Origin: Octopus sinensis
Lineage: Eukaryota
Reading direction: 5' to 3'
Length of the DNA: 64,000 bases
NCBI RefSeq assembly: GCF_006345805.1
Contig: NC_043006.1
Location: 36,456,001-36,520,000 of the forward strand
Shown here: one piece after another, positions 25,976 to 39,791 of the stretch
Layout: the number at the start of each line of letters is the position of its first letter
Position numbering within the stretch: the stretch's first letter is position 1
Notes under the pieces: model-generated
What the model saw: only the letters and a program-made list of their open reading frames with translations
What the model was told of the DNA's origin: nothing
Databases searched by the model: none
Translations under genes and position numbers: made by a program

Positions 25976-27035
25976 GAATACCACAACCACCACCACCAAC
26001 AACAACAACAACATATTCAAAGTAAGGGCAATAGTAATTTCATCCATGGGTGATAGCATTAGCATTTTGCTGGGTGGCTTAGCATTATTTTATCATTTTC
26101 ATTTCACAATTGTTATTTTTTTTAAATCATCATTATTTTTTGTGAGCTTTACTTTTTATTATATTTTTCCAGTAATGTGTTTTCATATATATATTTTTGT
26201 TATTTTTAATTTATATATTACTCCCCCCCCCTTTCATTTGAACTTTTTCTGTATTTTTTAAAATTTTGTTTTATATCTCATAGTTTTGATGGAGAATATA
26301 TAATTCTAGAGAAATGCTTCTCTATTGTGACATCTTGTCATGCCAAAACTTCTTGGTTCTCTGATTTTCTGTTAAAATTGTTGTTGTTATTATGTAAGGA
26401 AAACATTATTATTATTAAGAAAATAAAGAAAACATTATTATTGCTTTTGTTGTTTTAGTTGTTGCATCTGGGTATTTTCCGCTCTGATACACTAAGTCTT
26501 CAAGCTTTGGCAACCAGCCCTGGGATTACTTCTTGGAGAATGAGCAGCTAATCTACCTTCTTCAGTCAGAAAGCTAAATACTACAAACACACAAACAAAT
26601 ACATTTCAAATACTGCAACACACACATTATTCATGATAAACACTCATAACACACACATACACACATACACACAACTGCATTCGTCAACTATATACATATG
26701 TACAAATACAAATATATTCTCCTTTCTCAAATATATCATCACAGATTGGAACACTTACATACAATATACAAACACAAAATAAATAACTTTACATACATAC
26801 ATATGTCTATGTGTGTCTCTGCCTCAGAAAGAAAAACCATTCTATATAAGCCAGCATGGAAAAGTGGACATAAAATGATGATGTATAAATATACATGCAT
26901 ACAACACGCACACGAGTTTGTGCACACCCATGTATGTGTGTACATGTGTGTGTGTATATATATATATATTCTTACTCACACAGCCATGTATGTCTGTGTA
27001 TGTATATGTGTATAGTGTATGTGTTAGTGTATGTA

Positions 27036-27084
<49 letters not shown>

Positions 27085-29289
27085 TGTATACATCTATATA
27101 TATCTATATCTCTATTCAGGCATGCCTTCTCAACTATATACTGTTATAAATATAGATTCCATACACAAAAATATATTTACTGAAATAAGCCTACAGGCGT
27201 TTGCACAAATAAATGCATTCAAGTGTACACAAACATACACACACTCAAGCATACACATGCTAAATATACACAATGTAAACACGCATGTACCTATGTAGTG
27301 CCAGTCACCTCTTCCTCTCTGAGCTACTACCAATTGACATCTGTTTGTTTTTATTGTCTGCCCTCCACTCATATTTACCATCAATCATCCCTGTTCACCA
27401 GTCAATACATTTACCTCATATATATATATCAGTGGTGGTTCCCCAGTATGGCCGCAGCCTTCGGGCTAAAACATTTTTAAGGATTTTTAAGATATATATA
27501 TGTATATGTATCACCACCTCCACATCATGTTTGTGTCCATCACCCAACATCTCTTCAGTCTGTCTTCCTTACTTACCCTGCTGACATGTCACCTTGAAGT
27601 CATGTCCTGAAACTTCATCACTGCCATATTTATCTCTCTTTGTAGCACTGTTCCAGTCACCCCTGTTCATGTAAAATGTGAAGTAATTACTGCTCCCATC
27701 ATACATTAACTTCTCAAGACCTTGCATAAAGCAACCACTCTAGTTCCTGTTCTCTATTTCAAGTTACAAGGCAAGCTCACTGGTGCTGGTGCCACAAAAA
27801 AGAACTCCCTGTAAAGTTTTTGGCATTAGGAAGGGTATCTAGCAATAGAAACCATTCCAAAACTGAGATATTGGAGTAAGATGCATTATATATTCCTCCC
27901 GCCTGTTGGATCCTATCATTATGGAAAGCAAATATAAAAACGATGAGGATGATATTTCAGTGACTTGCAAAGAGTGAATATTATTGAAATGATTTTAAAG
28001 TTGTGTTCACTGTAGCTTATATTTACTCCCATAAATATTTTTGTAGAGCTGTGTGTTGCAGGGTACTTTTACTAATCTTACTAAAGCTTCCCCCTTTTTT
28101 TATTGTGACCCTACTAAATAGTCAGTATAGTAGATTTTAAAAAGTTGTCATTCATTCTTTCATCATCATCGTCCAATTCACTGTCAGTTATTACTACTGC
28201 TACTAGATGTTAGTATTGTCATCCTCTCCAGAATCATCTTCATTAACTTCCACTTCTATCATCCTGCTGTCATTTGACCAGCTAGAAAAAGCAGCTAAAT
28301 TGCACCTTACTATCTTTAAGAAGAAATCATAGTATAATGTAATCCTTTATACATATTTCATAAAGATAGATTTTTTTTATGGATGGAATGTCCTGGATAT
28401 TCTTCATCAGAGCCAAACATCATTATCATCATCACCACCACTGCCACTGCTTGCTTGACCTTTGAGAAATAGCCACCAAATACCCTTCATATCACACTTT
28501 ACTGTTGTAAGAAAAAAGAGAATGCATAGGATTATCTAATCCTAGATATATTGTCTGAAGATAAAACAGGATGGATATGGCTAGAATGTGTTGATCTTGG
28601 GTCTACTTTATCAGAGCTGGCTTGAATCTAAAATAAAACATAAACAAAGAAGGAATTCCAGGGGAGCATCCAACAGGCATTGGTCTTTGTTTGATTGCTA
28701 TTTTCATCCTTCCATGGGGTAGAGACACTACACTTAAAAATACATTTTCCTCTTCCAAAATTAGAACTCAACCACATTTAAAGAAATCAATATTGATTGC
28801 AGCATTAAATTGGTTCACAAAGTCAACACATTAAATTGTTTAATACAGTAAACACATTGAATTAGTTAACACTTCAAATTGGTTCATTCGTTATTTCTCT
28901 GAACTCATTAAATTTAACATGTTTATATATTTTTTTTTAAATTCTCCCTCTCTCTTCTCCCACCCACCTCAGAAGAAAATTGTGGTGGTGATAGTGATGA
29001 ATAATACACTATATTACAAATACTCCATGGAGTGTGATGGTGGCTTTGGTGATGATGAGGAATGATGTATTTTATCACCACACTATAGGGATATGTGATG
29101 GTGGGTGTGAAGATAAATCAAATGAAGTCATTCCTATAATATTTCTGTTAAAGGGCCTTTTGAATTTTATTTTACTTATTTCTTGCGCAAGCTGGCAGAA
29201 TTGTTAACACATTAGACACAATACTTAGTATTTCTTTATTTTTATGTTCTGGGTCAAATTACCGCAAGGGTCAGCAAGTTCCATTCAAG

Positions 29290-29540
29290 TGTTTCACTGG
29301 GCTTGATAATCCTAATCTTCTCCATCTCCTCTCTATGGTACAGGTGCTAATTAACTCAAAGAAGCTCATCTACCTTTGACAGGTTTTGTTTCTTAAACTG
29401 CTGAGTGTCCATACACTCCCCTCACTGAGCAAGCTCAGTAACCCAGTTTAGTCACCAACCGCTCAGCCATGAGCAGACAGTACTGAATTACATGGTTACA
29501 AGTAACATATTTCCAATAGCTGACACAGGTGATAAATAAC
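29290..29540 (-). mobile_element. Possible highly decayed RTE-like LINE fragment
   Basis: Minus-strand pieces TKLGY*ACSVRGVYG and SEGSVWTLSS...MSFFELIS...RLGL only loosely match the RTE post-RT pattern. Confidence 0.3.
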
Positions 29541-29949
29541 ACTGCTTCATCACCACTCTGTGGGATGTGGTAGTGTTGATGGGATGATAATTGATACTGT
29601 ACATTGTTACCACTCAGAAGTGGGTGTTGGTGATGGATCTAGGTTGATAGAAATGACTTAAACTTTCACTGGAAGTTTTCTTTCTATTTTATCCCTTGGG
29701 TGAAGTTATTAAAATAAATGTTAATTATATGCTGTATTAATTCAAACAACTTCACTCATTTTCCTCAACAACATATTGGTTTCATGTCAATAATCAATAT
29801 TGTCATTCTAAACAAACTAGGTGCAAGTTGTGTTGTTGTGGAGTCAAGGTTCGCCTCTATCTGGTCACCAACCAGTTAGAAATAATAGCCACAACTCCTG
29901 AAATCACACCATGCCATTTTGAAAAAGGAAGTGTATTTAATCCTAGATA

Positions 29950-30148
29950 CATTCATCATCATCATCATCATCGTTTAACGTCCGTTCTCCATGCTAGCAT
30001 GGGTTGGACGGTTCGACCGGGGTTCTGGGAAGCCAGAAGGCTGCACCAGGCTCCAGTCTAATCTGGCAATGTTTCTACAGCTGGATGCCCTTCCTAACGC
30101 CAACCACTCTGTGAGTGTAGTGGGTGCTTTTTACGTGCCACCTGCATG
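29950..30148 (-). mobile_element. Family C copy
   Basis: catcatcatcgtttaacgtccgttctccatgctagcatggg...ggatgcccttcctaacgccaaccac. Confidence 0.85.
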
Positions 30149-30760
30149 TTAGAATAATAAAACTGCTCTCACATAGCTAACTTATAAGTAAAACATCAAC
30201 AATTGACAAACACAAAACAAGTTAAACATGCTTCTACTTAGTCAGTCAGTTTGCTAAAAATAGTAACTAAATTGCCTCGATCATTCCTTATTGTCTTGAA
30301 AAAATTGGAAGGACATCACCATTATCATAATTTAAAACAGATGTTAAGGAATGAATGTTGATGATGATGACGACATTATGTAACTTCATCCTAGATTCAT
30401 TATTACTAAAAAAGACAAGATGGTCATGGCCAGATGTCTTTAATAATCTTATGTCTGCCATTTTAATTATATCTTTATAATTACATACAGCAGCATTTTA
30501 ATTATATATTTGCTCAAAGATGCAGAGAATGTGAAAAATATGAAATTCTTGAGTAGTCAAAGCAGAGCTAACTGAAGCACAGAAGCACATGTGTGTGTAC
30601 ACACACACACACACACACACACACTTTAAAGATGGATGAACTAAGATGAAAAAATTTACATATTTAGGTATGTGTGTGTCCATCACTATATATGCATACA
30701 TGTGTGTGTAGATTTTGTATGTATTTATGGAGAGAAAGAGAGATCGTAAGTTAATTTTTA

Positions 30761-30968
30761 TCTGCAAAAATTGGATTCCAACTCTTTAACCTGGCATTTG
30801 AAAAGTTAATGGTTGTAAAGTTTTGTTCAGAAAACTATCATTATGAAAGTTCTGCATTTAAAAACTATAATTTTAAGGAGTTAACATATCATTTCAAACA
30901 CCTCAGAATACACAAAACAGTTGGTGAGGTTCCAGGTTAAAAGACTTGAAATCCAACTTTTTTTCAGA
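30761..30968. mobile_element. Tc1/mariner-type MITE candidate (about 36-bp TIRs, TA flanks)
   Basis: tctgcaaaaattggattccaactctttaacctgg at the left pairs with ccaggttaaaagacttgaaatccaactttttttcaga at the right. TA is present on both sides (30759-60, 30969-70). Confidence 0.6.
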
Positions 30969-31301
30969 TACAAGGTGGGTATTACATTCTATGAATCAGA
31001 TTATTATTTGGCTTTGTTTGATTTAATTGAACTCTATAACAAAATGTATATATAAATGAATATATACCATTTATATATTTTGTATTGTAATATAATTGTG
31101 TGCTGGTGTTAATACAAATATTGGTAGAGCACATCAAGTATACATGATTTGATATTAATATTTACAAATTTGTATGAAACAGAATAAAATAGCTTATATC
31201 TTGTCTTGTATCTTCTGTGATATTTGAAACCACTAGCTAAGATTTCAAAGTTATGATTTTTTTTTTTTACATGAAACTTTCATAATTACAGTATTTCATC
31301 C

Positions 31302-31610
31302 AAGGTACATAAACAAGAAATCAAGGACCCACGTGCTAAACATTTAGGTATCTGTGTGAATGGGAAATCCAAAATATTCCTCATTTTCAAAATAAAGGCA
31401 GAAAATGAACTGCTATGAAAAGTAAAAAAAAATACTATGTGCAGATTTTCATTCCAAACTTCAAACTGGAAAGAATTACAACTGCTACTGAACACAATTA
31501 CTATTATATTGATGACAACAGAAAACTTTAGTTTATACAATGTGTATTTGAAAAGCTGAAGAAAGTGAAAGCACTTATAAAAATATTCTTCCTTCAGATC
31601 TGTATTCATC
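31302..31610 (+). mobile_element. Penelope-like element 3' remnant (GIY-YIG C-terminus), homologous to 8280-9240
   Basis: Translates as KVHKQEIKDPRAKHLGICVNGKSKIFLIFK...KKYYVQIFIPNF. It shares aactgctactgaa(a/c)acaatt and aatgtgt(g/a)tttgaaaagctg with the reverse complement of 8420-8520. Confidence 0.75.
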
Positions 31611-33239
31611 TTTCCTTTTTCACGATATTGTTTTAGATATTTTTTAATTAGAAAAATACTTTTCAAATGTATTTGTGTGTGTGCGCGGGTGGGCATGCAC
31701 ACATGTCTATCTATCAATCTATTTAGCTATATAATGAGAGATGTATATGTATGAATATCATTTATATACATGTTTCTGTGTGTGTGAGTGTGTGTACTAA
31801 ATACAGTATCCTATTTGCAACAAGTTACTTTGTTTCATGCTATGAGGCCAGACATCTTCCACATATCATGAGTCATTTGTTTCAAACATGATGCAGTATA
31901 TAAGATATTAATAACTCTGACATGTATTGAGTTCTTTATTTTACTGAACTTATCAGCAAACGAACAGCAGTATACTATATACACAAATGTGTGTGTGTAT
32001 GCGTGTGTAAATGAATGCTGGTTCATATATGAATTTATGTGTATGAATATATATATATATGTACATCAGCTTTTAGTTTTCAAATTTCTTTCCTACAGAG
32101 AATGTATGTACATGAGTATGTGTATAATACATATATATGTATTCAAGTAGATGTGCTTTGTTTGGGTATGTACATATATCTGTTTGTGTGCATGTGGTGT
32201 GGACTGTATCTGTAATACCTTCATAGTTGTAATGTTGGGTTTTTTTTCTAGCCATCTCCAAACCTGTTTACTGTTATCTGATTAAGAAACCTACTAAAGT
32301 CTTGATTAACTTTCTACACCTTCAAGCATTTTGAATTTTGTGCGTGCGTGCATGTATGTGTGTGTGTGTGCATGCATGTATATGTGTGTACATATTTATA
32401 TGTATGCATACATATGTCTGTGTATGCAGTGTAAAATCTACTCTGTATGTGCTTGCTCTAGATTGTCATATTTCGATGCATTTGTGTATGTTAGACACCT
32501 GTACCCACATACTTACTCATACACACATGTACCTGACACACACAGACATGTGTGCATGCATGCACATATACTTGTACACACATACATACATGCAAGAACC
32601 TGAAGGTTTTGTAATTGATAAGAATTTACAAGGTTTCTAAACTAGATAAGACTAAAGAGAGTGATTGAATATACAGAACTATTGAAATGGCCAAGTGGAT
32701 ACAGTATTGTACTGCCAACTCACACATCTTGTGTTCAAATCACCTGCAGAGAATCTCATTATAAAGGCTTCATTATCAGATGTTTTATTGTACATTTGGT
32801 GATGCATTATTAAATACATAATGATTGTAGTTACTAATTAAATAATTTCCGCTTTTGTTTGCCTCTGTAGAGATGTTCTTGATGCAAAAAAAAATTTCTG
32901 AAGTGTTTCATACATTATCACCATCATCATCGTTTAACATACACTTTTCTTGCTTGCATATGTCAGATGGTATGTGTCGAGGTGGATTTTCTATGGGTGG
33001 GTACCTCTTCTGTCATCAACCCTCATCTGTTTCCAAGCATGGTAATATGTCCCCTTGACCAGATATGTTTTTCCATATAAGACAAAATGAACAACATCAC
33101 TTGTGTGACAGTAATGTTCATTTACAACCATCTATCAAATAATGTCAGAACTAAGTTTCCACATCAATCCTGAACAAGAAGACCTTTCAGCCATGACCAC
33201 TCCATCTGTTTTCAGATAGTATAAACACACACACACACA

Positions 33240-33307
<68 letters not shown>

Positions 33308-36086
33308 ATTTTCATTTGTATTGGAAATACTTTGTCAATGTTACTTACTATCCCTTCCTTATCTTCTTTCCACACCTTCATGCATTTCTCACCAAAGCTA
33401 AGAATATAATAATACCATTTGATTGGCATGAAATATTTGGTGTGTCAGCTCAAAGATAGTATCTATCACCTACCTGTCACAATACAGAGGTTTATAATGA
33501 CTCAAGTCTTTTATTGCTTTAGTTTACATATGTCCATCTTCCTCTATCTCCTCTCTCTCTCTATATATATATATTATATATACCAGTGTCAATTAAAAGG
33601 CCATGTGCAAACTGATAATATATAACTTTCTATTCTGGTTGATGCGAAGAGTTTACTTATTGTGAAAAGAAAAAGAAATAGCTTTTTAAAGCTTCACATG
33701 ACATCGCAAGTATCATAAATTATGTCATAAAATTGTATTCTTTCAGGAAAAATTAAGTTTAAAAATTCATGTAAACATTAAGGAGATGGGTATTTTGAGC
33801 ATATATTGAAATAAATGTATTGCGTATACTGGTTTTCATTGAGTGTCATAAGATGACTAAGAAGATTGGTGACAGTAAGGGCATCTCACTATTAAAGATT
33901 ACCTCAGAAAACTTAGTAATTTATTTTAACAAACCTAGAAATATAAAACCAAAGTTGATCTTGGTGGGGTTTGAGGTCTGCTTTTCCTTTTGTCCTTCTT
34001 AGAGGCAAGATCAATAAAAATATAGTCCCAGTCAATATAATCAATTGTTTCAATAAGATATATTCTCAGTCAATATAATCAACTGGGGTTAATATAATCA
34101 ACTGTTTCCCTCCCACTAAATTCCTGTCTTTGTCCCTATGTGAGAAATCATTATTATGATATTGATAATGACTGATGTTTCAGGTAGATGGAATGAGGGA
34201 GCTGTATCCCTTGCAGTGCACCTATGGCCTCTGAAAACTTTTGGATTTTTCATTGAATCAGTGACAATGGAGATGATGATTGATGATGATGATGATAGTA
34301 ACACAAACACTAACAGAATGCAGTTAAGCTCACAGGTTAATGATAATATTAGTGATGGTGAAGGCAATGAACAATTTTGTGTAAATTACAGAATGATAAT
34401 GTTGAGGAAATTAGGAAGATGACAAGAAAAGTTAAGAAGCAGGTAATTTCTTATCTTGAATTTTCTTCATGTAATAGACTTTGTATCACAGCCAGTGAAA
34501 CAAGATAATCATTATTAATGGTAATTTAATAAATAGCAATGATAATGATGAAGATGATGATGATGAGAAGGTGGCAGAAGGGGAAATATATCTTACTTAG
34601 ATGCAATCCCATAAATTTATGGAAGTGAAGAGTGGCAGTGGCGGTGGCGGCGACTAAGTTGTATGAATGCTATCAGTTTTCTCTTTGGTATTAGCAAGCT
34701 CTGTGAAATAAACTAAGAACTGAAATGGAATCACAAACCATCAAACTCAAAGCTTACCTTTGGTTTATTTAGGTATAAGACCAACTGTTGCAGGAGTATA
34801 GACCTATGTACATGTATGCCTGGATACATAGATATAATTTCAGACATGTTCACATACATGTATCTAGGTCCTCAAATATTATTCATTAATGAGCATAGGC
34901 CTACATGCAGGCACATACATATACATAATTTCAAATACACACAGATATATATGTGTGTGTAGATATCCATATACACAAATACTATTCATGCATTGACATT
35001 GGCCTACATGCATGACTGCACACATACATCAAATATGTAGGTGCGCTCTCCACCTCTCCCCATCTCTCTCTCTCTCCCTATATCTCTCTCTCCCCTTATC
35101 TCTCTCTCCCCATCTCTCCCTATCTCTCTTTCTCCCTATATCTCTCTCTCCCCATCTCTCTCTCCCCATCACTTTCTCTCCATCTCTCCATCTCCATCTC
35201 TCTCGCTCATCTTTATTACACTGGAAATTTTACCCTCACCCCACTACACCTTCTCGTGTATGCATGCATGTAGACCTATGCTCATTTATGAGTAATATTT
35301 GTGTGAGTACCTAAATACATATATGTGAGAATGTGTGAATTTATGTATATGTATGCATCCAGGCATGCATGCACATAGGCCTATACTCCTGTAATGATAT
35401 TAACTTTGTGTGTGTGTGTGTGTGTGTGTGTGTTTAATCGGTTGGAGCTGCTAAAACTTCCCTTTGTTGCTACTTTGAATTTTCTTTTGTCACATTCTTT
35501 GGTCGACTGAACAATCGACTACATACAAATAAACTCAACTTCACATACACAGTAGTCTTTTGACTAATGTTTGTATACGCAAATACAAAAGCAGTCATGC
35601 ATGCACAATATATACATAATATATATCAAATAAATTTCTTAGAATAATTATGTAATATACCTATACATCAAAAGAATTAATTCTACATAAAGAAAAAAGT
35701 CAGACTCTAATTTTGAGGTTAAAGATAGAGACATGCCTGAGCAAAGGATCATGACTATAAAATATTTTGGGTCTCATCAGCTGCTTTGACATAACCATTG
35801 TAACAAATATATCTATAAATAGTTGCAGCTTTTCAAACCAGTGGAATAAATAACTATGCAATAATAATTCAATAATACAACATATAGCAATAGTATGTAA
35901 TTCTGTATGTGTTTAGTCCTCTTGTTAAGCAGTTTAAAGGTTAAAAACGTTAAGTAAAATTCCTTCAATTACAGAAATTTGCTTTTTTTTCTTCCTTGCT
36001 CATTCTTTTTAACTTTTTAACCAAAGCTAATTTTTCATATAGAAAATTAATTAAAACTCATTGTTCATAGATAATGAAAATGGTTA

Positions 36087-36666
36087 TTGCATTGACCCCA
36101 GTGTTCAACTGGTATTTATTTTATTGATAAAGCACCAGTCATGCATGGGTCATTGTCAGTGCTGCCTGACTGGCTTCCTGTGTTGGTGGCACGTAAAAAG
36201 CACCATCCAAATGTGATCAATGCTGGACCCCTCGCCCCGACTACCTCCTGTGCACCATCTAAATGTGGTCAGTGCCAGGCTCCTTACCCCGACTGGCTCC
36301 TGTGCCGGTGGCATGTAAAAAGTACCATCCAAGCATGGCTGATGCCAGTACTGCTTGACTGACTCCCATGCCAGTGGCACATAAAAAGCACCCACTACAC
36401 TCAGAGTGGTTGGCATTAGGAAAGGTATCCTGCTGTAGAAATATTGCCAAATCAGATTGGCGCCTGGTGCGGCCTCCTGGCTTGCCACTCCCCAATCAAA
36501 CTGTCCGACCCTTGCCAGCATGGAAAACAGACGTTAAACGATGATCCTGAAGAGATGAAAGGTAAGGTCAACTTCTGTAGCATCTGATCTCAGAATGTAA
36601 AGCTGGAAGAAATGCTACTAAGCATTTTCCCCAGGTGCTAATAATTTTGGCAGTTCACTGCCTTAA
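36087..36666 (-). mobile_element. SINE B split by a SINE C insertion
   Basis: Removing 36129-36545 rejoins ttttattgat|cctgaagagatgaaagg, matching the family B core. Confidence 0.75.
36129..36545 (+). mobile_element. Family C copy with about four tandem units
   Basis: Same unit, body and tail organisation as 53537-54054. Confidence 0.8.
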
Positions 36667-39600
36667 TAATAATGGTAATGATAATAATAATAATAATGGT
36701 TTCTGATTTAAGCACAAAACCAACAATTCCAGGGGAAGAAGGTTAGTCAATAACATTGACTCTAGTACTTGATTGTCAGCCTCAGTGGAATTTGAACTCA
36801 AGGCATAAAGAGCCAGAAGAAATGTTACTAGTCCAACATATTAACAATTCTTAATAATAATAATAAAGTGGAGTCTAAAACCAGAAACACTTCCTATCAT
36901 AGTAGGTGCATTAGGTATGATAAAAAAATATTCAGTCTAATACATAAAAACACCAGGACTTACGAATATATATCACATAGAGAAAATAGCACTACTACGC
37001 ACCTCACACATCTTATGTAAAACACTTTCAATACAATGAAAATAAGAGCATCAAAACAAACCACAGCACATACCCAAGGCACACATAACTGCGCTCGGTA
37101 GTGCAGTGAAAGCACATGATAAAAATAAGACTAATGAATAATAATAATAATAATAATTTCATATTTTAAAACAAAGTCTGTAATTTCAGTGGGGTGGGAA
37201 AGTCGATTACATTGATCCCAGAGTTCAACTGGTACTTATTTTATTGATTGCAAAAGGATGAAAGACAAAGTTGACCTTGGTGGTATTTTAACTCAGAACA
37301 TAAAAGCAGATGAAGTGCTGTGAAGCATTTTCCCTGGCATGCTAACAATTCTGCTAACTGCCTTAATAATAATATTAATAATAACAGCTTCAATTTCTGC
37401 TGACTTGTACCCCCATCTATCTCACCACTACTAGCATTGTCGATGTTAGCACCACCACCACCACCACCATCATCATCATCATTATTATAATGGTGATTAA
37501 TTAAATTTCACCTTGGTTATCTTTGCTCTTTGACCCTGTGGGTGAGTTAGTGAAATAAATACCTATTTCTTTACTACCCACAAGGGGCTAAATACAGAGG
37601 GGACAAACAAGGACAAACATTTTATTCCAGTAATAAAATGTTAGATTAAATATACCATAACCATCTGTAAAAGTTTACAGCTGCCTGGTAAAAAGAAATC
37701 ATCACCACCACCACCATCACATTATTGTCACCATCTTCATCACTATTTACATCACCTCCTTTTGGAATGTCTCATTTCAATCCCACTGCCACTCTTTCCT
37801 AATTAGCAACCGGCAGACAAGTGGGAAGAAGTGAATCTTGATCGTTTTTCTATAGTAAAAAATGCAGGTGGTGTAAGAAGCATTTTCAGTGTTGATATTG
37901 TTGTGCTTGTTTTTCTTTGTTTTCTCAATATCCTGGTAATCAGAAGCATCATATTTTTGACAAGCACAGAAAAAAGAATTAAAAAAAAAACCCAGATTAC
38001 TCATCTGTAAGCATACACAGAGAGATACAGAGATACCTACAAACACCTGCATTAACTTATATTGGTGTATCCACTTTAAAAATATAGAGAAACATGCATG
38101 CACACACACACGCAGGATTAAAAATATTCCAGCCATAACAGTTCAGTGTATCCTTCCTATAGGGTATAATATAAGATGTTTGACTGCTATTTCTAGCAGA
38201 GTGTGTTTTATGATGTGGAGGTTCCCTTGTTTCTTGGCAACAGTTCTACACCAGTCTCATGAATATAGTACTGGCTCTGTGTTTATATGTGTATGTGAAA
38301 GAGAGCTTCTCTTGTGTTTATACACATGGTCGAATACATGCATATATGTATGTATGGAAGTGTTTGTATAATGAGGAAGAGTAGAAAGGAAGCTTCACTC
38401 TCCCACCCTGTCACACCCACTAAGTTCCATCACTTCACATTTTCACCATCATGCCATTCACCCCTATATCCAAGCACTTACAAAACCATGAATGTTACCT
38501 TATTTACAAATAAATTCAGGAGGATGGGGGGAAACTAGGGATGTTAAGAGACAGCTTGAGGAAGGAAGGGGTGAGAGTAAATGATTTTCATGTTTTTTAG
38601 AGTAGTAGTTGGTGTTGGTGTTGGTGTTGGTGTTGGTGTTGGTGTTGGTGAATAATCTTGTTGGTAAGCAGTGGTAGTAGTTGATGGTGGAAGAGGGGGG
38701 GTAAGTTTGATAGGAGTGTTGGTAGGAGGGGGTGCAAACTGTGGAGCGGAGTGATGAGGGGAAATAATGGTGGTGTTGGCATTGGTTTTGGTGGTGGTTT
38801 AAGCTGCAAAAGGATTTCCCTTCCTTGTGATAGATCAGTTCCCTAATGAGTTGGTTTCTAAATGTGAGTCATTTACCTTTGTAGACAAATTTGTGAGTTT
38901 GTGTATACACACACACACACACACACACAGAATAGATTGAAAGCCTAAATAGGGTTGCTTGAATTGCAATTAACCTTACATATCTAATAGCAGATTTGAC
39001 TTGATTTTTAAGATTAAAAAAATACAGTTTCGCCATCTTCTCCTCATCCACACCCTTCTGATCTTCATCATTGTCATCATTATTTTCTTAATTAAAAGGA
39101 GTTGGTTTTGATAGAAAAATATTGGATTAACTGTTGTATCAATCATATTTACTTATCATTTTGTGATCAAATCTCCTTAAGTTTGACTTGGAGATTAATC
39201 CTTCCAGGACACAAACACAAGCCACAGAAATAAAACATGAATGAGAAATACCATGCCAAAAAGTCATCATGATGGGTGGGGTGTTGGATGACAGCCACAT
39301 AGCACTGGAAATGTGTGTGTGTGTGTGTGTGTGTGTACAGGGGGCATAGCTTGGGTAAATGGATGTCCAGAGCAATCATCAAAATTGCACCAAAATTGTA
39401 TTTTATTTATGTCAATTCACAAAGTTTTGGGGAAAGTATTTTATCCAACATTTAATCTAATGATAACCTGTAGGTTGGCAATGTACAGAGTCACTTGACA
39501 TGTTGAAAATAGTAGGTAAATAAATATGCCTTATATCATACCTTCCCATCTTCTATTGCTGACATTTTGTAATGTCTTTGGCTGGGCTTGTAATCCTGCG

Positions 39601-39757
39601 TGTGAGTGTGTGTGTGTGTTTAATTGTTTGAAAGAGCAATAGAAAGAGACAAAGATGTGTGAAAGAGAAAAAGAGTGTAAGAGTGAGAAGCGAAATGTAT
39701 GTGAGGGCAAGCGAGAAAGAAATATATGCATATTAATAAGAGAAAGAAAGGAGAGTG

Positions 39758-39791
<34 letters not shown>

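Noticed and set aside
34758-34784. Possible 27-nt minus-strand microexon (cag|...|gtaagc)
   Set aside because: The polypyrimidine tract is weak, no other minus-strand exons were found, and such motifs are expected by chance in 64 kb.
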